Assembly (NCBI RefSeq): GCF_006345805.1
Contig: NC_042997.1
Coordinates: 178,684,001-178,748,000 of the forward strand
Direction: 5' to 3'
DNA from: Octopus sinensis
Lineage: Eukaryota
DNA length: 64,000 nucleotides
The translations under genes were made by a program, and so were the position numbers. The notes under the pieces are model-generated. The model worked only from the letters and a program-made list of their open reading frames with translations, did no database searches and was not told where the DNA came from. This document shows, piece by piece, positions 43,702 to 55,865 of this stretch; position 1 is the stretch's first letter; each line of letters opens with the position of its first letter.

Positions 43702-46700
43702 ACGAATACAAACAATATATATTTCCACACTCATACACAGACACAATCATTTACATATGCACTTGTAAATGTATGACATACATATATACATATATACGCA
43801 TGAAAGTGTACGTACTCACACGACTTCCCACACATATTTACATATCTTAATTAAAAGTAATACTTTTTGTTTTTTCCTGTGCAGTCTTCCGGCTTTTTCT
43901 CGTATTACTGAGGTTATTTCCTCAAAATCTTATTCCATCACACTTCATTTAAAACATTCTGTCCAATTTACAAACCGTAAGCTATTTGAATTCAGTTTTT
44001 TCTACAATGCTTTTAAATAATATATATTTAATGTTTATATTATTCTCACTTACGCTTCATTGTTTTGTAAGAATAAAATTTTCATAAAAAGAACATATTA
44101 AGTGGCTACCAAACAAGAAATTTAAATAGCAGTATATAATTATTTGCATGCCTACACTCACACACACATATATATACATACATATATACATAAACACATA
44201 TATATATATATACATATATAGATGCTTATATACTACTTATCCACAAGTATATAATCAACGCACTCATATATTTATAACATCTTGTTCACTATAAAAAGAT
44301 ATGTTAAAGGTTGTAGTATGATCCAGAAAACATATGATTATATGTCATCTGTATCAGGGTTGATCTAGACCTAAACAACTGCAACGTATATGAAAACTGA
44401 ATTTTGAAAGCAGGCAAAATAACATGAATACTGTAAAAGTCTGAATCCTTTATGGACAGTGATGCATAGTCCGGTTATAAACAGTCCTGCAAGACATTGT
44501 ATTCGACACTGTAACGCTGATATGTTCATATGTCATCGATTATCCGAGACTGAGTGAAATTAAAAATAATGGAAGTTCAGCGGCGTCACTATATGCTGGT
44601 TAACTCTCCTTAAGTTCTGATTCCAAATTCCAAATCCTGGTAGTGCTAACATTGGCTTCTATGAATATAGCGTAGAAAATTTTATTGCCAGTAATATAAC
44701 TGGAAAGATGCTACCTACTACACATTTCTACTAAAATGTGTATCCTATAACGATACAAACACGTCCTCGCAGATACATATAACCTCAAGCTTAACTATTA
44801 TAACAAAATGCATGCAAAACTGTAGGAGGACCACCCTCGCAATATGATTGATTAAAGGTACATCTAATACTACACAGGTTTACCTAAAAAAAATGTCATA
44901 ATTACATTTACAGACACGTGATATTTTAATATATAAATGTGTGGAAACACGTAATGTAGCTATGCAACGGTTTATATCACGGTTTAAATCTAAATGCGGT
45001 AAATATATTTAATAGACTTCAGATTTTTGTACCTGCTCTCGTAAACATAACTAAAATATCGCTATTTAATCGTATATTTCAACTTTTCTCCAATAATCTT
45101 AAAAATGAATGAGGTAACACCAATAAATATATATCCAATTATCTTGCGAGAAATTTTTTAAACACGCATTAAAAGTCATATGTATAATTAATGAACTCCT
45201 CGTAATTAATTATACATATTAATTCGTGGCACATTTTGTAAAAAGAAGAAAAAAAAACGATTGTTTGAAGTGGCCTACATAAACGCTGGCTCGCAATGGC
45301 CTACTTCAATGGAAAATATGAAAATGGATTCTGGTCTAAATTCACAAAACACCAGTACTCAATTTTAAATGTTTGAATATTGTTTTCTGTTGATTAAGAA
45401 CAACATCCCATGTTTTTATGTAGTTATAAATGAGACACTCATTAGAATTTAGGCCATTCGTTCTTTTTTTTTTTTTTCGAAACGTATACATGAAGGGAAA
45501 TTATATACTACAAGCCGTGATAAGAAATCGTTTCACGTTCTTGAAATACCGAGAGCTTACTTCTTGTTGCTCTCTGACACTCGCCACATATTATGTTATA
45601 ATGTTATATTATAGCGCCATGACATTTAGCTGTGTGATAAGCGAACAAACATGCATCAAAGTTACGTTAAACCTGCCATTTGTGAAAGGTAATAATATCA
45701 GGCAATATATGTACACGCACGCACACACACACAGACAGACACACACACACACACAGATATACACACACACACACACACAGATTTGTTACATGTAAGCCAG
45801 TTATTTAATAAATTGTACATCTCTACTTAGCATTATGAAAGAAATATGAAAGACGAGAATATTATTTCAATACTAGTCTCCCTCTAATAAATTATTATTT
45901 CCAAACTTAGACTAATTTATCTACTTTGGTTAATTTATAGCATTTGTGTTATAATTCTGTGTTATATAGAAACGTAGATTAATTTATAACAGTTGTGTGA
46001 GATGAGTTCTGTGAAATTGAGGACAGTGCTCAGCATAAACTAGTCTGTGAAGTTGCTTCTATGTCCGATGTTTAGCTACTTTATTTCACTAACATCAATA
46101 ATGAATTTTAAGCATATACATTTCGCTATCCAATGAATTTCATTCTATGCGGGAAATCAATATAAGAGAGAACTTGTAGATCCAGAGTGGCTGCTTAAAT
46201 AATGCGTATGCGGGTTGTAGACGTAAGTGTTGTACGTTCGCTTCTTGGTTTATGCGTTTGTAAGAGGGTGATTCACTAATGTAAGTTGGAAGGAATGTCT
46301 CCTACATGTAACGTGTTCGAGTTGTAACATAATATGTATAGTTAGCATTTTTAGAAGGCAGTTCACAGAAAGAATCCATTTTCAGTGATTTCTTAAAGAG
46401 ACATCAATAAAGAACATTGAAATAAATGCAGTAGTGTAATGAGCGCAAGCAAGTGGTAACAAGGATTAACCTTGCATATGAATGTATGCGAGACAGGAAA
46501 ATTGTATGTGTTCATATAAATTGAAATTTATATGAAGTAGAGTGGAAACTAATATTAATCAAATGAGTTGCATGTAGTTGGTGGAGGAAACAGAAAACGC
46601 GACATGTCGAAGAATCCACAACTAGTTTGAAACTGCCGCTTCGCTGGTGTACTGCGTTTCTTTCAGCTAAAGCGGATCCCTGCCGTTTTATTCATACGCC

Positions 46701-47612
46701 TCCGGCTCTGATTGGCTGGACTCTTCAACAGCACAACTGAACTATGCCACAGCAACAAGCTAAATCATTCCTGTCTCACTATACAACCCTCCTGCAGACT
46801 TGAAGTCGACATAAACAAGAAAAAGGGGAAATGCAAAGCAAAGGAAGAAAAAATACAAAGCGAAATATTCCAAACAATGGCAAAAGGAAAATACATTGCA
46901 TACATGAGCAGTCACCAAATATCCACACACTGGAAAAAACAACATGAATGTATTAAGAAAAGAAAACAAGCATGCAGAAAAGGGTGATAACAGGCACTAA
47001 GGGCCCGTTCATATACAAATAGTTTCACAAAGCCTCTCGGGCCAGTGGACCGCTGCGAGTTGTTGTAGCGTATCTTGGTGAAGGTGGGGGGCGACGTTTG
47101 TGGGATAGTGCGTGTAGGGGGTGTATATGTGAGCGGTGTGTATGTGAGGTGTATATGGCTTCGTTTTTTTCATACGCCTCCATCTTGTATTGGATGGAAT
47201 CTTCCACAACACAACTGAACTATGCCACAGCAATAAAATAGATCTTTCCTGTCTCGCTACACTGTCTCTGTTAGAAAGAGACTACAATTTTCGTGGTTTA
47301 ATCAATAGTTGCAGTTGAAAAATAAATGACTTCAGTTGCCTGAAAAGATAATTGGTAAAGTAGCTTTTGGGATGTTACCTTTCAAAAATTCCTTCCTTAG
47401 TTTATAAACTGCATACTAGTCATAAATCATTTTAAGAATATCATTTCTGAAAACTTAACGTTTCATCTAAGTAGAATGTTGAACTGGTAAGCAACACGTC
47501 ACAAATTCTAAGGTTAAATTGCCGGGATTACGGACTCCTGTTGTCTTCAGATACGTATTTATTGCTGTATTTCTTAAACTATATTTACTTAAAATGGACA
47601 ACAAAATCTTAC

Positions 47613-47696
47613 CAAGCAAAGGCACGGTTGATGCTGACGGTAAACTGGATTCCAAAATAACCAAGAGTAAGAAAAACGCCACAAAAATGTTAATAC
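47613..47696 (-). CDS. nAChR subunit, 84-nt exon: M2 and M2-M3 loop
   Basis: Acceptor ttttatattctag|GT, phase 1, completes the GGT Gly codon; reads (G)INIFVAFFLLLVILESSLPSASTVPLL(G); donor G|GTAAGA at 47612. Confidence 0.95.
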
Positions 47697-49375
47697 CTAG
47701 AATATAAAACAAATAAAGAAACATAATTAATATAGTTAACATTAAGAAAATTCTACACATTTAGTCTTTTCATGTTGCAGAGAGCAACAATTCAAAGATT
47801 AAAACTTGTTACAAATAAAGAAAAAAATAAAGTTCTTGGTTAATTGACGAGTGGAGTCATTTGGTTTTCCGTATTAGTATGAAGATGATAGAAATGATAG
47901 GAAAATTTTCAGCTTCCTACCAACATGAGAGGTTTACTTAGACCCCAGCGGCTCAGTTGGCAATTAGGTCAGCGACTAGTTGATACTGACTGTGTGTAGG
48001 AGTCTCAAATTGCAGAAAAATCCAAGAACAAGCAGGAACGCGTTTCCCGAGATAAATTAAAAAATATATCTTAGCTTTTGAAAGAGTTACAGAAACTATG
48101 AGTGATTTTCTCAACTTCTTCAGCTCGCGTAAACGACACTGTAGAGAATACTAATGCCCACATCATTTAACAGATACCAGCCAAATTGAAATGGAACAAA
48201 ACTGTTCATTATGTAGTTGCCGTTAATGCTGTATCTAGCAGAGTTTCTCAATTCTCTTTAGTCCCCTGCTATTCTCTCTCACATTCTGAAAGTGAAACTG
48301 AAATTAGAGGAGACCATTATGCTCTCACTATAAGTAGATGCACGGAAATTCTGTCCGTGTAAAAAAAAAAAAGTACTGTTAGTGTGATCTTTTATAACTA
48401 GTTGTACTAAGCGAATAGCTGCTTTAATTTTACGTACTTCCACCATCTTACCAAATAAGCTATTTCATTTCAAAAGCTTCCAGGATTCAGAGTAACTGTC
48501 TTTTTCTATGACCATCAAGGACCTTCATGAATTGTTACTCGGCGTTGCTGGAATACAACTAACAAGTTTAGGATTCTATAATGGGTATTTTTATGTTGAA
48601 CGTTAATGTGTTGAGACAAACAGTAATCTTTCCATTAGTCCACCAAAGCGAAGAGTAAGATATGTTGTATTCCACCAGAAATCAAATTGGATAAAACACA
48701 TCTCTGTTAAAATTTCTTTTGAATTCAAAGAAAATTTATGAAGAAAACAAAGTTGGCGTTTTCTTATATCATAAAGTAAAAAATAACAATGAATACAGTC
48801 AAGAATACTCTTCAGAGAATCCCGAAAAAAATCAAACTTTTCACATTTATCTGCATTGCAAAAACAAAGTATATGCACATATAATTACATAAAAAATTCC
48901 TTACGTAAAGTCTTGTTATATGTTTAGTCATTTAAGTCTAAAATAATATGTTTCAAAATCTTTTAAATATTTGCTCCACGAGCAACAGCATCTACGTCTT
49001 TGAGGATGTATTTGGACACACACACACACACACACACGAATAGTTAAAAGGCAAAGAGGATAACTACGGACAATTCCGAAACCTCATGCTGCTAATTCCA
49101 AATTATAAGATCAAAATTTATACCTATATCTGTTGAAGCGCTTGGCTTTGTCTGTATATCCCTAAATGACAATCTGATTAAAGCTAGGGTTTTCAGAAAA
49201 CGAATTAATTCAACTAACTTGCACATTGCAAATACAATCTGTAAGTAGAACAGTAAAAATATGCAAGAATTTTCAGAAGTTTAAAAAATGACTTGGCTTT
49301 TGTTATCTACTTTCCAACGATGGAGCTTTGCATCTTTGTTAGAAATCAGCTCCTTCTCCAGAAGAAGAATTCAAG

Positions 49376-49451
<76 letters not shown>

Positions 49452-49684
49452 AACATATACTCACACAAACATACACTTATATGAATTTAAAGAGAGACAA
49501 AAAGCGAGAGGCAAAAAGAAAGAGATGCATATATATATATATTATATATTATATATTATATATATATATATATATATGCACACACACAAATATAGAGGCT
49601 TTATAACAGATTTAATATACATATATATATATACATACATATATATGTACATATGTATACATATGTATATATATATACATGTAA

Positions 49685-49722
<38 letters not shown>

Positions 49723-50021
49723 ATGCATATATGTATATATATACATAGATATATATATATGTATACATATATATACATGCATATATATATGTATATACAT
49801 ATATATATATACATATATACATGCATATATATGTACATATACATATATACATATATATGTATGTATGTATGTATGTATATATATAATATATATATAATAT
49901 ATATATATATATACATATATACATGCATATATATATGTATATATACATATATATATATACATATATACATGCATATATATGTGCATATACATATATACAT
50001 ATATATGTATGTATGTATGTA

Positions 50022-50061
<40 letters not shown>

Positions 50062-50174
50062 ATACATATATACATGCATATATATATGTATATATACATA
50101 TATATATATATACATATATACATGCATATATATGTGCATATACATATATACATATATATGTATGTATGTATGTA

Positions 50175-50228
<54 letters not shown>

Positions 50229-50229
50229 T

Positions 50230-50325
50230 AGGCGCCGGATTGGCTGTGTGGTAAGTAGCTTGTTTACCAAACACATGGTTCCAGGTTCAGTCCCTCTGCG
50301 TGGCACCTTGGCCAAGTGTCTCCAA
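50230..50325 (+). mobile_element. Family B SINE head, 3'-truncated
   Basis: GGCGCCGGATTGGCTGTGTGGTAAGTAGCTTG...GGCACCTTGGCCAAGTGTCT. Confidence 0.85.
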
Positions 50326-50904
50326 ATACATAGGATCTGAGCATATGAGCCTCGAAAATCAGAATGATTGTACATGAGAAATCACGATAAAAAGCGAGAG
50401 GATGATCACTGCAAAAGATTGAGTTGTGATTTTAATTTCCTTTCTTTTCTTCGTACATTTCTTCACACTTCCACTTTTTGAATCAATCTTCTCATTTTTC
50501 TCGTGATTTGTCATGTAGTAGCGTACTGATGTTTGAAAATAAAACAGACCAAGTTCTCGGAGCCTCGCGACTGCTTGGAGACACAAGGCATGTTATAAAA
50601 ACCTACCGAGACATGTCTCCAAATCAAGAACCTATAAGTAGCTCGTAATTTTTATACTGTATACTTTAAGTGTTGTTTATCTCTCACTGGATAGATGAGT
50701 TTTTTGTTGATTCTATCTTACCGGAACAGTAAACTACACACACACACACATACACACACATATATACACACATTAACTGATTTGATGTTATATTAGTAAT
50801 ACAAAATATTGTTAAACATGTGGCCGCATAGCATATGTTTGTCAAATCTTTATTGCAATATAAATCTAGACAATACATATCATTAATTTAGTAAAATACT
50901 CTTT

Positions 50905-51465
50905 TATTGTTTCAGTCATATGACTGTGGCCATGCTAGATCACCGCCTTTAGTCGAGCAAATCGACCACAGGACTTATTCTTTTAAGCCTAGTACTTATT
51001 TTATCGGTCACTTTTGCCGAACCGCTAGGTTAAGGGGACGTAAACACACCAGCATCGGTTGTCAAGCGATGTTTGGGGGAACAAACCCAGACACAGAAAC
51101 ATATACACACACAAACATACATGTACACACACCACACACACACACACACATATATATAGGGAGAGTTTAGGAAAAAGACAAAAGACGAAGACAAGTGGTG
51201 TACAAAACAAACAGATGCATTAGTATAACGCTCAGGAATAGAAAAAGTCTTTTATGTTTCGAGCCTACGCTCTTCTACAGAAAGGGACACAGAAAACAAA
51301 CGACGGGATTCTTTCAGTTTCCGTCTACCAAATTCACTCACAAGGCTTTGGTCGACCCGAGGCTATAGTAGAAGACACTTTCCCAAGATGCTACGCAGTG
51401 GGACTGAACCCGGAACCATGTGGTTCGTAAGCAAGCTACTTACCACACAGCCACTCCTACGCCTT
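50905..51465 (-). mobile_element. Family B SINE with a Penelope-like fragment inserted in its internal microsatellite
   Basis: Head 51302-51465 and tail 50905-51110 on the minus strand; the intervening 51137-51301 matches the separate element at 62837-63025. Confidence 0.85.
51249..51284 (-). ncRNA. Minimal hammerhead-like motif (CUGUAGA core), second copy
   Basis: CTTT-CTGTAGA-A-GAGC-GTAG-GCTC-GAA-ACAT-A-AAAG. Confidence 0.55.
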
Positions 51466-51593
51466 AAAGAAATTAATGCACATCTTAATACACTCTTGGA
51501 TCAAAACTTTTGAAATTCGACGCTGAATAAAGAAAAAAATCAATAGAAGAAAGATATACAGTAAAAACAATAAAAAAAATTCGCATTACTTAC

Positions 51594-51969
51594 CCAAAGC
51601 CATCTTGGCTGGGGATTCCGGAGGTATCCAGAAGAGAACCAATGTAAGAGTTGAAAGTAAAATGCACGGCAAAATCAATAGATAGTTGTAAAAGGCCGAA
51701 CGCCGCCTGACCTTAAGTGTAAAAGTCAGATCAAGATATGGCTCTGGACAGCAAGTATAATACTGTACATTTCGGCGGGCAGGAGCTTCGATTATTTCCC
51801 ATGCATTACTGGGCATGTATTCAGACAGATCGATTTTGGTTAAGTTGTCCAGAAAATTAACATCCAGTTTATTACCGTCGTACGTCCATGACCCAAATTT
51901 TAGAACACATTCTTGTTCATCAAATGGAAAATGGCTGATGTCTATAGCACATGAACTTTTGTAGATAAC
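51594..51969 (-). CDS. nAChR alpha-type subunit, 376-nt exon: Cys-loop, loop B, loop C, M1 and start of M2
   Basis: Acceptor tttatag|GTT at 51970/51969; donor G|GTAAGT at 51593. Translation: VIYKSSCAIDISHFPFDEQECVLKFGSWTYDGNKLDVNFLDNLTKIDLSEYMPSNAWEIIEAPARRNVQYYTCCPEPYLDLTFTLKVRRRSAFYNYLLILPCILLSTLTLVLFWIPPESPAKMAL(G). Contains the C-x13-C loop with FPFD, GSWTY, the vicinal YxCC-x3-Y of loop C, and an N-glycosylation sequon NLT. Confidence 0.97.
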
Positions 51970-52734
51970 CTATAAATATGGGACGAAATAAAGTGATGTC
52001 ATCTTTTAGCAAGACATTATTGACTTACGATAAAGTAAAATCGTTACGAATATAATTATTAAATTAATATAATTATTAAATTAAATTAGAGATTTGATAA
52101 GCAAAAATCCCAAAACTGACACAAATATTGGTGGTTCTAAGAACATTTTGTCTCTCTTGGTTTGGGGTTCATAAAGTGTTTAATGCGATTTTAATTTAAC
52201 TTAATGCTTATAACAGTAACACATATATTAACACAATATCGTCGATTTAGATTTAAAGAAGAGAAAAGAATTTAAAATCGTTTATTTTTTAATATAACAC
52301 CAATTTCAAAGAAAGTAGAAACTCAGATGCCGACTTTATTCACAGTAGAGAAATTGCTAAAAACTTACATCGCAATATAAAGCATCAAAATCAACAACAG
52401 CAAGAAGAAGAAGAAGAAGAAGAAGAAGAAGAAGAAGAACAACAACAACAACAACAACAACAAGAACAACAGCAACAACAAGAACAACAACAACAGAAGC
52501 AGAGGCAGAAGCAGCGATTGACTGCAGGAACTCGGTATGTGATTGTTACTTCTTTTATCAACCCCTCGAGGGTGAAATGCAAATCAAGCTCCCCAGCATT
52601 CCCATTCAATCCCTAAAGCGACGTAATTGAATAGCACAAGGCTTTTAATCTTGCTTTGAAGCAATTCTCTTAGTTACTACAATCGATAACACCAATAATA
52701 TAATTCTTTCTACTAAACACAGAAGGTCTGAGAT

Positions 52735-53390
52735 ATTTTGGCGGTGAAGTGAAGGGGCGGGGCGGGGCTCGTCGATTATGTTGCTCTCAGTAGTTGACTA
52801 GTACTTTATATTATTGACACGAAAAGAATGAAAGGCAAAGTCGACCTCGGCAGAATTTGAAATCAAAATGTAAAGACTCAGAATAAATGTCGGTAATCAT
52901 TTAGCCCGGCTTGCTCTAACGCTTCAGCTAGCTCGCCGCTTTTAAGAAGTTTTTTTTTCTTTCTATTATTGACACTTATCCTGAAATTTTATGAGGAATG
53001 GCTAGTCAATTACATCGACTCTAGTGCTCAACTGGTAATTATCGAATCCGAAAGGATGTAAGACAAAATCGACCTCCACATTTGAACTCAGAACGTAACG
53101 GCAGAAGAAATATCTATTTCTTTACTACCTACAAGGGGCTAAACACAGAGGTCACAAACAAGGACAGACACACGGATTAAGTCGATTATATCGACCCCAG
53201 TGCGTAACCGGTACTTAACTTATCGACCCTAAAAGGATGAAAGACAAAGTTGACCTAGGCAGAATTTGAACTCAGAACGTACGGCAGACGAAATACCGAT
53301 AAGCATTTCGCCCGCCGTGCTAACGTTTCTGCCAGCTCGCCGCGAGCATTTTGTCCAGTGCATTAAAGATTCTACTAGCTTATTGCCTTA
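52735..53390 (-). mobile_element. Cluster of family A SINEs, including a young copy nested in an older one
   Basis: Copy 52735-52940; an older copy split into about 52975-53112 and 53342-53390 by an intact copy at 53113-53341. Confidence 0.8.
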
Positions 53391-53901
53391 TGATAAATAA
53401 ATATAATCATACTGGCCCAGGATCATCTTGCGTGTGTTCATAATATTGACGAGAACATTATATTGGAAGTAATCGACTGAAATTCCTATTTCAAATCCTG
53501 ATTGTATAAATTTCACATTATGTAACGAATGTCATAAATAGAAATGCAAGAACATTATATAGGCTTCCTTTCTCTCTTATTCAAATCGGATGTATTCTGC
53601 TTAGCTAAGAAATCAATTATAAAATTACGTTGCGTTATTTTCGGAGAATATTCCGTTATGGATAGTGTGGTAGCTATTTTGGTCCCGGAGGTTTGTGACT
53701 GGCAGTTTAATTTCAATGGGTAATGGAAAGACCGCTTCTTTTCTCTTCATTATCAATGTTAGTGAAGTAAGCTGTCATAGCAACAAAATTCCACGTCAAG
53801 AATCCAAACTTTAGAGAGCTTTTAAGATAATCTAATCTAAAGGGAGGGAATCTTGGAATTACGGCTTCTTTTACCTTATCGAAATATCTGTTTTGTACGA
53901 G

Positions 53902-53904
<3 letters not shown>

Positions 53905-53960
<56 letters not shown>
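53905..53960. repeat. (GA)n microsatellite
   Basis: Direct reading. Confidence 0.97.
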
Positions 53961-53962
<2 letters not shown>

Positions 53963-54504
53963 GATGGGGAGGGAGAAATTTAGCAGCACGAATATTTCCA
54001 GAAATAATTATTGTTATATATTTTATTTGATCATTTTCGCCTGTAAATGATAGAATATTTCATTTTAATAACCTCCATTATTTCTAGTCTTTGTTAGAGA
54101 ATCAAATATTTCTTTAGAACAACGTCAATGACTAGATCATCTATGTTCTATGTCATGTTGACTTAACTCATTTCAGAATTTTTATTTAACTTCATAGATC
54201 CAGTCTCCAGAAACATTTAGTAGCATCAACTAGAATGACCACATCGATATATAGGTAAAACTGGTAATAAATTTACCGTCTAAAAGAGAGTTACTAGGGT
54301 GAGCAGAAATAGTAGCGCTTGCGATTGAAAGCCGTTGTTATGTTGCGATTTTATATTTCGATATATAATGTTAAAATGTGCAATACCCAGACTTATACGA
54401 GTGTTATACTGAATGTAATGTAAACGTAGGCATAACTTTTTATTTTATTGCCTGACATAGGAATTTCAAATTCTATATGTTGGTAGGTCAACTCTTCCAC
54501 TATA

Positions 54505-55865
54505 TATATATGTACTACTGCAACATAATTTCTATCAAAAGCAATGCATTTGTATTATTGTGGACCAAACTTTCGAATTCGCTTTGAAAATACTCAGGTA
54601 TGCACTGCTGTACCCACTTATCCGTAGCCATTTTCTCCTTCTCTATGTCATGAAATCTTTGTCCTTGGAAACTGCCCATTGTTTGATCAAGCAAGTAGAA
54701 GTTGGTGGACGCCGGATCAATGATATACGGTGTATGGGGAGGGTGCACTGGCAGGTCCAATTTGCCAATTGTCTGATATGTAGCCAAAGACGTGTGATGT
54801 CATGCATTGTCAGAGTCACTGTTGATAGCTTCTAGATTCTTTTTTGGTTCTTCTTGTTAATGGATTCGTTAATCATTTTGAGTGTCTCAATATACTGCTT
54901 GCTGGTTACAGCACTATAGCGTTCTAGAAGATCAAGTAGAATGACTACCTTGTCATCGTACTCACACCAAAAAATACAATTACTATGACTTTCTGTGGAG
55001 GTGCAATTGCCCAGTGGTTAGGGCAGCGGTTAGGTCGGAGGATCGCGGTTTCGATTCCCAGATCGGGCGTTGTGTGTGATTATTGAGCGAAAACACCTAA
55101 AGCTCCACGAGGCTCCCGCAGGAGGTGGTGGCAACCCCTGTTGTACTCTTTCGCCCCAACTTCCTCTCACTCTCTTTTCCCGTTTCTTGAGTAACGCTGC
55201 GATGGAGTGACGTCCCGTCCGGCTGGGAGGAACACATACGCCACAGAAACCGGGAAACCGAGCCCATGAGCCTGGCTAGGCTTGAAAAGGGCGCATAAAT
55301 AAAAAAAAATGACTTTCTGTACTGTGTTTTGGCTCTTGCTATTTTTAGACCTTGCAGAAAAGGTGTGAAACCATTCCATGGACTGAGCATTTCTTTCCGG
55401 ATCATAAAGAAGCGCTCACGTTTTGTGTCATCAGATTGGAAAAAAATGTGTCTTCATTGACTGCAAACCCTTTCAATAGATCAAAGTAGACTTCCACCAT
55501 CTCTATCTTTTAAATCGATTGTTAGGTACCGAAGTACCGACTTTCACATACTTGCCAATACTCCAAATATTTCGCCACCTTCTGCAATGTGTTGCGACCA
55601 GAGCTGTGCACCAAGTTGTGCACCAAACACACAGATCCATCAGTGTATATTGCACTTGTCAAAGTTGTCATCTTTGCAACAGCCTGCAGACTTCTATGGA
55701 TGTCGGACAGCTATCATTCCCACTTCATAAAAACTCGATAACATTATGCTGCTTCCCCTCAGAAGCCAGCATTTGCATGCGATGAAGAGCAGGAAAAATA
55801 GTTATGTTGCTGTTGAGAATGAGTTGCTCTACCAATATGCACGAGCTGTTTGAATGACCTGTGTC
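54505..55865 (-). mobile_element. Decayed mariner transposon, interrupted by a SINE
   Basis: Pieces QSMEWFHT...QKVIVIVF (split by the SINE), a DNA..HHT equivalent of HDNARPHT, and HPPHTPYIIDPASTNFYL...GQRFHDIE...KW...EYFQSEFESLV..KCIAFDRNY. Ends approximate. Confidence 0.8.
54997..55308 (+). mobile_element. Full-length tRNA-derived SINE (family C) with 12-bp target-site duplication
   Basis: A-box-like TTGCCCAGTGG, B-box-like GGTTTCGATTCC, A-rich tail; ATGACTTTCTGT at 54985-54996 and 55309-55320. Confidence 0.9.

Noticed and set aside
43885-43976. Plus-strand AG...GTAAGC segment resembling a 92-nt exon; other isolated plus-strand splice-like sites at about 20111 and 23705-23738
   Set aside because: No recognisable product and no partner exons; such sites are expected by chance in AT-rich DNA.
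46760-46969. Hydrophobic minus-strand ORF as a possible M4
   Set aside because: Wrong position (upstream of M3), no W..VA..DR motif, and the hydrophobicity comes from T-rich composition.
35100-55308. tRNA genes suggested by A/B-box-like motifs
   Set aside because: The motifs are heads of multi-copy SINEs and do not form full cloverleaves.
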